64,000 nucleotides of DNA, from positions 111,217 through 175,216 of the forward strand of contig CBFHOE010000006.1 of the NCBI GenBank assembly GCA_965657355.1. Direction: 5' to 3'. Positions 45,074 through 52,334 of the stretch are shown here, one piece after another. Below the pieces are notes generated by a model. That model made no database searches. It was not told the DNA's origin and worked only from the letters and a program-made list of their open reading frames with translations. The stretch's first letter is position 1, and each line of letters starts with the position of its first letter. The DNA comes from Limisphaerales bacterium. Its GTDB lineage: Bacteria > Verrucomicrobiota > Verrucomicrobiia > Limisphaerales > JAJOIW01. A program made the position numbers and the translations under genes.

Positions 45074-46666
45074 CTAAGAGGCGCGCGAACCAAACTGGGC
45101 TTTATCCGGCGAAAGATAAATATCGTTGTGAACAAATTCTTCCCGATTTGAGGACAGATGCAGGCAAACGCGGTAAACCATTTCTTCATCGCCTTGTCGG
45201 TCAAGAATGTCTGCTAATTGTTCCACGTGGAACATTTGCCCAGGATGCTCCTTTAAAGCCTTTTCAACTTCTTTAATGCATGAAATGACAATACCTGCGG
45301 CTTTTTTACCTGCCTCTACTCCGGGCTGATGATAAGCATTAATATTCACCATACTGGCGTAAATACCGACAACTCTTTCATAAAGCGCAATTAAAAATCC
45401 CAAATAGTGAGCGTTGAGGCAGGGGAGGGTGAGTGTTATGGATTGACGCTCCTTCTCTATCAGCGCGCTGCGGGTTCCCTGGAGAAAGCCAGCAAGATAG
45501 TCGCCAGAGGTAATGTTATCTTCCACAGGGACGGGAGTCCCGTTTTGCGCTTTCAATATTTCTATGAAAGTAACAAAGAAATTATGAACACCGTCACGTA
45601 GTTGTTGGACGTAAGCATGTTGGTCTGTCGAACCCTTGTTTCCATAAACCGTTATTCCCTGCTCGACAACTTTTCCATCGAGGTCCAGCTCCTTTCCAAG
45701 TGATTCCATGACAAGCTGTTGCAAATATTTTGAGAATAATTCGAGTCGATCTTTATAGGGGAGTACAACCATTGCTTTCTCCCCACGGCCATTTCCAGCA
45801 CTATACCATGCTGCTGCTAATAAAGCGGCGGGATTTGAGTTAAAATCAGGGTTTCGGGTCAATTTATCACACTTTTTGGCGCCACTAAGGAACTCGTTTA
45901 TGTCGAATCCTTGCAATGCAGCGGGCAGCAATCCAACAGCTGACATCACACTCGTGCGCCCACCAACCCAATCCCACATGGGAAAAGTTGTTATCCAGGC
46001 TTTCTCGGTGGCGTATTTAAATAATTGACTCCCTTCGCTAGTGACTGCAACTGCATGCTTTGAGAAATCAAGACCGGCATCCTCGTAAGCCCTTTGGGCG
46101 ACGAGCATCCCGTTCCTTGTTTCTTTAGTTCCACCACTTTTGGAAATGACAATAACGAGGGTTTGGCATAGATGATCTTTGCCGATGCGTTCCAGCGTCG
46201 CATTCAATCCATCAGGATCCGTATTATCGAAGAAAAAAGGCTTGAGACCTTTCACACTCACGTCGGATAAAGCTTTATCGACAAGTTGGGGTCCTAATGC
46301 AGAGCCACCGATACCAATTAGCAGAAAATGAGTGAAGGGCCCACTTTCGCCTTTTAAATGACCTGATATGACCTTTTGTGAGAAGGAATTGATTTGATCA
46401 ATTGTACTAACAATTTGGTTTTGAACATCATTGGTTGGAGCTAATTCTGGACTCCTCAACCAATAATGCCCAACCATCCTATTTTCGTCTGGATTTGCAA
46501 TTTCTCCTTTCTCTACCTTGTTAATATCGTCGTAAGCTTTTTCCCACAGCTCCTTTATTTTATCCAAATAATCTGGATTTAACTGACAATGACTTAGGTC
46601 AAGACTGACATTCGCTCCAGAAAATCCATAGTAATTTTTTACAAATTCTTTCCAATTAGCTTTCAT
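45074..46666 (-). CDS. pgi: Glucose-6-phosphate isomerase
   Basis: GIGGSALG, SKSGGT, VGGRTS, MESLGK, DQH, QPGVEAGK. Confidence 0.98.
   Translation of the reverse strand: MKANWKEFVKNYYGFSGANVSLDLSHCQLNPDYLDKIKELWEKAYDDINKVEKGEIANPDENRMVGHYWLRSPELAPTNDVQNQIVSTIDQINSFSQKVISGHLKGESGPFTHFLLIGIGGSALGPQLVDKALSDVSVKGLKPFFFDNTDPDGLNATLERIGKDHLCQTLVIVISKSGGTKETRNGMLVAQRAYEDAGLDFSKHAVAVTSEGSQLFKYATEKAWITTFPMWDWVGGRTSVMSAVGLLPAALQGFDINEFLSGAKKCDKLTRNPDFNSNPAALLAAAWYSAGNGRGEKAMVVLPYKDRLELFSKYLQQLVMESLGKELDLDGKVVEQGITVYGNKGSTDQHAYVQQLRDGVHNFFVTFIEILKAQNGTPVPVEDNITSGDYLAGFLQGTRSALIEKERQSITLTLPCLNAHYLGFLIALYERVVGIYASMVNINAYHQPGVEAGKKAAGIVISCIKEVEKALKEHPGQMFHVEQLADILDRQGDEEMVYRVCLHLSSNREEFVHNDIYLSPDKAQFGSRAS
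45219..45234. other. parS site (inside the 3' end of pgi)
   Basis: Second identical TGTTCCACGTGGAACA. Confidence 0.9.
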
Positions 46667-46993
46667 TTTTATTGCACACTAAATTTTAATTGAGACGGTT
46701 TGCCTTTCACCAAGGACAAGACTTTTATGGGACTCCACTTGGGCACAGGTCCCGTGCTGTAACCGGTTGCGATAAGCGACCATTTTTGCATAAACCACAC
46801 TCTGCAGAGATTGGTCCTAAAGACCATGGATACAACAGGGAAGACGGTTTCTTGAATGTCCCCGCGATCAAAATATTTTAAATACTTCCTTAAGTCTGAC
46901 TAAAAGACAAATTTAAGATTATATATTAGAATCAGTCACCGTTCTCGACAACTCAATTACAAATAGAGCGGTATTTTTGTAATTTAGCTGCAA

Positions 46994-47884
46994 ATGACAG
47001 ATAAAATTTTCTTATGCTTTGGTGAAATACTTTGGGATTGTCTTCCAAAAGGACTTTTTCTGGGAGGCGCACCACTTAACGTCGCTTTCCACATAAACCA
47101 GTTTAAAGGATATACAGGATTGCCAATAAGCTCAGTTGGACAGGATTTCTTGGGGAAAGAAGTCATGAGGAGAATGAACGCCTTATCATTACCGACAAAC
47201 GGTGTGCATATACACCCTTATAAGCAAACGGGGGCCGTTTTGGTTGATTTAAATTCTTCAGGTTCAGCTGGATATCAGTTTGTTGATGATTGTGCCTGGG
47301 ACGAGATCAAGACATCAAAGAATCTTTTACCAAATTCAAAAGATGTTGCTGGGTTGATCATAGGGACACTCGCCTTCCGGTCTCAGCACAACATTAATTA
47401 TTTCAAAGATCTGGTGAATTCATATTCAAAGATACCTCTTTATTTGGATATTAATTTTCGTCAACCGTTTGTGAACTTAGAATTGACTATGGAACTTTGC
47501 AAAAAAGCAACTTTGATTAAATTAAATCATGAAGAACTTGCACAAATTATGGGCCAAAGTTTAACCAAAGATTCTGATATCGTAGCTAAATGGGCTGCTG
47601 ATTTATCTGAAATTTGTGGAAACCAAGACATAGTCGTGACGGCTGGCCACCTTGGCGCCGGAGTTTATGAACAGTCAATATCAAGGTGGCACTTTGAAAA
47701 ATCAAAAAAGACTCAAGTTGTTGACACTGTTGGGGCAGGGGACAGTTTTCTAGCTACCCTTCTGGTATTTAAAGACTTAGGGTTTTCATATGAGGAGTGC
47801 CTGATTAAAGCGTGTCGGATAGGTGAGTATGTAGCGACACAAGATGGAGCGACTCCAAGCCTCCCTGAGAAGCTGTCCACATAA
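46994..47884 (+). CDS. PfkB family carbohydrate kinase (fructokinase-like)
   Basis: GEILWD, GGAPLNVA, DTVGAGDSF. Confidence 0.93.
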   Translation: MTDKIFLCFGEILWDCLPKGLFLGGAPLNVAFHINQFKGYTGLPISSVGQDFLGKEVMRRMNALSLPTNGVHIHPYKQTGAVLVDLNSSGSAGYQFVDDCAWDEIKTSKNLLPNSKDVAGLIIGTLAFRSQHNINYFKDLVNSYSKIPLYLDINFRQPFVNLELTMELCKKATLIKLNHEELAQIMGQSLTKDSDIVAKWAADLSEICGNQDIVVTAGHLGAGVYEQSISRWHFEKSKKTQVVDTVGAGDSFLATLLVFKDLGFSYEECLIKACRIGEYVATQDGATPSLPEKLST

Positions 47885-48002
47885 TGGGCACTGGTGTATT
47901 TTATTTATGAAATAGAAAAAAAGGGGTCAAGAGGTATAAAAAACGTACCGTATTTGAAGATGCATTCAATGATGAGTGCAAATGAACAAATAACTTGTTC
48001 GA

Positions 48003-48094
48003 AGGTATGGGAGTTACCTGAAGAATCGAAACCTCCCGGGGCAAGGAAGCCCGAATAAAACTACCCTTAATGGGTGGACTCAATGGAAGGAGTC
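48003..48094 (+). promoter_or_regulatory. Flagellin leader with three GGA-loop hairpins (candidate CsrA sites)
   Basis: AGGTA-TGGGAGT-TACCT, GGGC-AAGGAA-GCCC, and GACTC-AATGGAAG-GAGTC (last one overlaps the SD). Confidence 0.6.
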
Positions 48095-48101
48095 TAAAAA
48101 A

Positions 48102-48911
48102 ATGGCAGTAGTAGTAAACACAAACTCAAATGCACTTACAAGTGCGCGTCTTCTAAACGAATCACAGTCAATGCTTTCCAAGTCTTTGGAAAGATTGTCA
48201 TCAGGATCAAAAATAAATAATGCAGCTGACGATGCGGCTGGAGCAGCGGTTTCATTTCGATTCGATGCTCAAGTCAATCGATTGCAAGCAGCGAACTCAA
48301 ATGTTGGCAACTTCACTTCCTTTGCTCAAACACAGGATGGGTTTTTAGGTAAGACAGCCAATGCATTAGATAGAATGTCTGAATTATCTGTTCTAGCTCA
48401 AGATGAGACTAAGACTAATGCTGACAGAGCCCTCTATCAAAAAGAGTTCTCAGAACTAGGTGATTATATCAATGACCTAGCGGAGAAGGACTTCAATGGT
48501 ATTAGTTTGTTTGATGGAACAACTCGTGGTATCACAACCGATGCCGATGCAAACAAGTTCGATGCAACTGGTGTTAACTTGTCCGCATCAACATACACGA
48601 CCGCCACTGGTGGTGACATTAGTACGTCTACATCTGCTAACACAGCATTGTCCAACGTCAAACTTGCGATTACTCAGCTCGCAAATGATCGAGCAACGAT
48701 TGGTGCTAACATGTCAAGACTCGAATCTCACCGCAGTCAGATATCCATATTAAGTGATAATCTATCTGCAGCTAATAGCAGAATTAAGGATGTCGATGTC
48801 GCGCAGGAAAGTACTAACTTTGCGAGGTATAATATTTTGGTCCAGGCTGGAACATCGATGTTGGCTCAGGCGAACCAGCAACCGCAGAGTGCTCTTCGAC
48901 TTCTCGGATAG
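48102..48911 (+). CDS. fliC: Flagellin (minimal, 269 aa)
   Basis: LERLSSGSKINNAADDAAG; DFNG; RATIGA; SRIKDVDVAQE; MLAQANQ. Confidence 0.97.
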   Translation: MAVVVNTNSNALTSARLLNESQSMLSKSLERLSSGSKINNAADDAAGAAVSFRFDAQVNRLQAANSNVGNFTSFAQTQDGFLGKTANALDRMSELSVLAQDETKTNADRALYQKEFSELGDYINDLAEKDFNGISLFDGTTRGITTDADANKFDATGVNLSASTYTTATGGDISTSTSANTALSNVKLAITQLANDRATIGANMSRLESHRSQISILSDNLSAANSRIKDVDVAQESTNFARYNILVQAGTSMLAQANQQPQSALRLLG

Positions 48912-48932
48912 TAAGAAGTATTGAGTTTTCAC

Positions 48933-49996
48933 GGTCAGGGGTAAAACCCTGGCCTGTTTCAAAACAAAATTACTCTGATTGAAATACAGCAATCAACTCA
49001 AGCAGTAATTAGTCTTTGAAATCGATAAGTAAACGAGGGTTTTTTAAACCCAATAACTCGTAGTAATAAATTTAATAAGATGTTTGGATTAATTTTTTCA
49101 ACTACCAAGGTAACCAGCATGTGCTTTGAAATGGAAATGAAAGGAAATCCATTTATCGATTTAGTTTTTGGCGATCAATCGCCGATGGTGTGTAGGAATA
49201 GTGGAATGAGTTCTATTTCTTTAGAGGAGGAGAGAAAAGTCGCATCGATGACATGGACATTGCTCATGAGGGTGCTAATTTTTCTCAGATGAATATTCAA
49301 GCTAGGGTAGGCATCTATCCATTGGCTCTGGTGGGTGCCCGTTATATCGGCACATACCAATTAAGGAATAACTTTTGGGAAAATTAGTTTTGCAAAAAAT
49401 TGGAACGGGGAAATGATTCCTAGTTCCATTTTTCATTTAGGGACTTTGTTTGTTTATGATGACGTGCCTCTTTGTCGCTTTGGGGTTTTCAGTCAAAAAA
49501 TCATTATAAATTATTCTTGCTTAAAGGTTTGTGATTATACATTCTGAGATGTGGCTATGGGAAGCTGTTTTCCCCGGCAAATAAAATATAAAGTTGTGTC
49601 GAAGTGAGGTAATACTGAGTCTATCAGATACCTTTCCATGTAGTACTAGTTATAAAGATTACTTTTATAACAAAATCGAAGGGAATAAATATAGTTTGAG
49701 TGGGAATTTTCTTTCTGACACACACCGATGATTTCACCCTCGCAGCAGAGAAAGCGATGGGATAAAAGTAAGAATTCGTTCTTCAGCCTGAGAGACCATA
49801 ATTCTTCAATGTGAAATAATTTAAAGGTTCACTGAAGTATTCTTGAAATGAAGTGGTTGCGGGGGTTATTTCCTCTAAAGCATGAAATTATTCAGCGCTT
49901 ATACAACTTCAAATACTCTCCTCATCGGCTTTTTTTAGAGTTTAATTTGTGATCCTTTCAGGCTGAGAAGCAAAGAATTCTCAGCCTGTTTTTTTT
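48933..49996 (+). ncRNA. Candidate ~1.06-kb structured RNA or flagellin 3' UTR
   Basis: No credible ORF; more than 12 nested helices with G-U pairs on the + strand; ends in an 11-bp hairpin plus T8. Confidence 0.55.
49959..49996 (+). terminator. Intrinsic terminator
   Basis: CAGGCTGAGAA-N8-TTCTCAGCCTG-TTTTTTTT. Confidence 0.85.
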
Positions 49997-50927
49997 ATCG
50001 CGGCAAAGGAGGCATTGGCGGAGCAGGGGACCAAGCTCGAGATGAACTTTGCTTCTCTACTGGAAATGGGGGATAAATTTGAGCTTGCTGATTTATATTA
50101 CTTCCAGGAGGAACGGGGACGGGGCGTATTCTGGGGTACTTTGAAGCGATTTCTCTCCATATGCTTCTTTCAGATGGTTTCTTTTGGCTCCATTCGGCCA
50201 GTCCATCGACAAATTGTGTTTTGAGATTATTGGGAAACGACAAATAGCACACAAAAGCATGGGCGCAGTTCCGTTTTTCTTCCTCCTCCAGCCCTTGAAA
50301 AGCCCCCAACAATTTTTCCATCTCGATAGAAGGTTTAATCTGGTAGGCCTTCATAAAAGATAATTGTTTGTTGTGCGGGAGTTGGAGAAAATTATATAGA
50401 TTATCCCATTCTGGTGCAGGTTTCGGCATCAATTTCTCAAGATCATAAAGGCGTGATGAAATACTTATCAAATAAGATACAGCTTCCTTTTTCGCCAATA
50501 AAAGGTCTCTATGAGCAGGTTTTATCCGATTCCAAAATCCGACACTTTGATCAATGTACTTTCTTAGGTGGGGTGGTACTTCTTGAACAGCTGAGGGATC
50601 AATGTTCCTATTACCCACCAACAACGGATCAAGGTAAAAATGTAACTCGGTTGCAATAAGTCGAAATTCCCGTTGGGATTCGGAAAGAGCCTCATACTCC
50701 ATGATTTTGCGCTCAAGAATCCGTTGCACATTTGCCGGTTGTTTCTTTACGAATTGACTTCTTTCTTCAGGAGACCAATTCAGTATTGTTCTGAATTTTG
50801 AAATGGGCGAATGAGAACTATCCAATTCATTTATTCCCATTAAGGAAAAACCAATGCAGAAGATACCCACCGTGATAGCTGACGATAATATTACGTTCCA
50901 GCGATTGAGTTTTTCGATCTGTTTCAT
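49995..50927 (-). CDS. DUF3106-like helical membrane-anchored protein (third gene of the ECF operon)
   Basis: N-terminal TM; repeated W/Y-x-x-L-S-x-E-[EQ]-R helices; Pro-rich tail. Confidence 0.6.
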   Translation of the reverse strand: MKQIEKLNRWNVILSSAITVGIFCIGFSLMGINELDSSHSPISKFRTILNWSPEERSQFVKKQPANVQRILERKIMEYEALSESQREFRLIATELHFYLDPLLVGNRNIDPSAVQEVPPHLRKYIDQSVGFWNRIKPAHRDLLLAKKEAVSYLISISSRLYDLEKLMPKPAPEWDNLYNFLQLPHNKQLSFMKAYQIKPSIEMEKLLGAFQGLEEEEKRNCAHAFVCYLSFPNNLKTQFVDGLAEWSQKKPSERSIWREIASKYPRIRPVPVPPGSNINQQAQIYPPFPVEKQSSSRAWSPAPPMPPLPR

Positions 50928-50961
50928 CTTTAAAGTTAGGATTTCTGTTGGTGTTTATTAA

Positions 50962-51510
50962 TTATCTGATTTCCTTCATTGCCAAGAGAAGTTCTTTATC
51001 GATCATTTTTTCGACTTCAATCGAATAAACAATGGCAGGAAAATCCTGGAGAGTATCAGTGGCCAACATGTCAGCTGACAATTTTTCCGTGAGCTCAGGT
51101 ATAACAGAGACGTCTCGGATTACTTGCGCATCCAAGGGGCGAGAGTCATGCTCGTTGATCCATTGGAAAGTAACGAAAACAATTAGCAAGCTGGCGAAAG
51201 ATAAACTATACGGGTGACGACAATACCGAAAAAAGAGATTTAAAATTGAAGATTCGTTCAATAATGATTTTTTTGAGGACGAACACTTATTGGTCTCATG
51301 AATTTTTTGCATCACAGCATCGGCAAGATTATCCGAGGGACTGGAAATGGTCGCTCTGTGAACCAAAGCATTTAACGCCATTTCTTCCTGCCAAACCTCT
51401 TCGAGATGTGGATGATTCAGAAATAACTTTTTCAGCAGGGCCGTCTCATTTTCAGTTAGAGAACGAACTTGAGCAGTCTCTACTAAATTTTGAAATAATT
51501 CGGGAGCCAT
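50962..51510 (-). CDS. Probable anti-sigma factor
   Basis: Follows the ECF sigma gene; P-S-x-N-L-A-D-x-VM pattern, single TM. Confidence 0.65.
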   Translation of the reverse strand: MAPELFQNLVETAQVRSLTENETALLKKLFLNHPHLEEVWQEEMALNALVHRATISSPSDNLADAVMQKIHETNKCSSSKKSLLNESSILNLFFRYCRHPYSLSFASLLIVFVTFQWINEHDSRPLDAQVIRDVSVIPELTEKLSADMLATDTLQDFPAIVYSIEVEKMIDKELLLAMKEIR

Positions 51511-51532
51511 AGGAGAATTTAGAGGTTGTTCT

Positions 51533-52156
51533 TTATTTGTTTTTTATAGCCAGGGAAGGGGACCAGCTACCCTCGCTTAAATAGGGTTTTATTCGTACTT
51601 TCAAATGTTCACGCGCCCGAAAAATCAGTGACTTAGTAGCGCCAACAGAACATCCCAGCACTTTAGATATTTCTTCATAAGTAAGACGCTCTTGCTGAAA
51701 GAGTAAAAGAGCGGTTCTTTGCTTTTCTGGCACTTCAAAAAGTAATTTATTCAAAATGTCGACGAGCTCGTCTTGAAGGACTATTTGTTTTGCATTCTCT
51801 GTTTTTGGGTCGCTGATTTGATACGACCCATTTTCTGTTTCATTGGATAATTGCTCTAAGGAGAACGCCTGTTTTCTTTGACGGCGACGAATTTCATTGA
51901 GGCAAGTATTTCGGGCAATAGTAAAGATCCAAGCCTTGAATGATCCCGATGTGCGAAATTTGTCCAAATTCTTGTAGACTTGTAAAAAAACGACTTGAGT
52001 CAGGTCTTCTGCCTCAAAGGCATCGATCACCATTCTCATTGATAATTGATAAATGGACTGCTGATACCTTTCGATTATAAGGCGAAAGGCCGTATCGTCA
52101 CCCTGTTTCACTCTTTGGATGATCTCCGAATCTGATGGTTCAGTCGGCAAGTCCAT
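51533..52156 (-). CDS. ECF (RpoE-like) sigma factor
   Basis: GDDTAF, AEDLTQVVF, FKAWIFTIARN, TYEEISKVLG...KSLIFRAR. Confidence 0.95.
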   Translation of the reverse strand: MDLPTEPSDSEIIQRVKQGDDTAFRLIIERYQQSIYQLSMRMVIDAFEAEDLTQVVFLQVYKNLDKFRTSGSFKAWIFTIARNTCLNEIRRRQRKQAFSLEQLSNETENGSYQISDPKTENAKQIVLQDELVDILNKLLFEVPEKQRTALLLFQQERLTYEEISKVLGCSVGATKSLIFRAREHLKVRIKPYLSEGSWSPSLAIKNK

Positions 52157-52334
52157 GATCTATGATACACCTCATTTATTAGAAAGTTTCGAACAGATTA
52201 CACGGAAACAGATCATTTTTCACCACTGGAATTGTTGGTTTTCCAATCCATTTTCACTGTTAAATGCATTGTTAATGCTTCATTGTATGGTGGAGTCTTG
52301 AATATTTCAGGATAACAACACTTCAATATTATAA

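Noticed and set aside
46750..46868. Cobalamin riboswitch-like words (AACAGGGAAGACGGT, TGTCCCCGC, GCTGTAA)
   Set aside because: Elements are out of order, the P5 partner and B12 box are missing, and no B12-related gene is adjacent
49080..49360. ORFs 49080-49292 (+) and 49175-49360 (-)
   Set aside because: No recognisable motifs or RBS; the region is better explained by RNA structure
49735..49800. Group I intron Q/R-like words (CTCGCAGC, TGAGAGACCA)
   Set aside because: No matching S element or P7 partner, and fliC is uninterrupted
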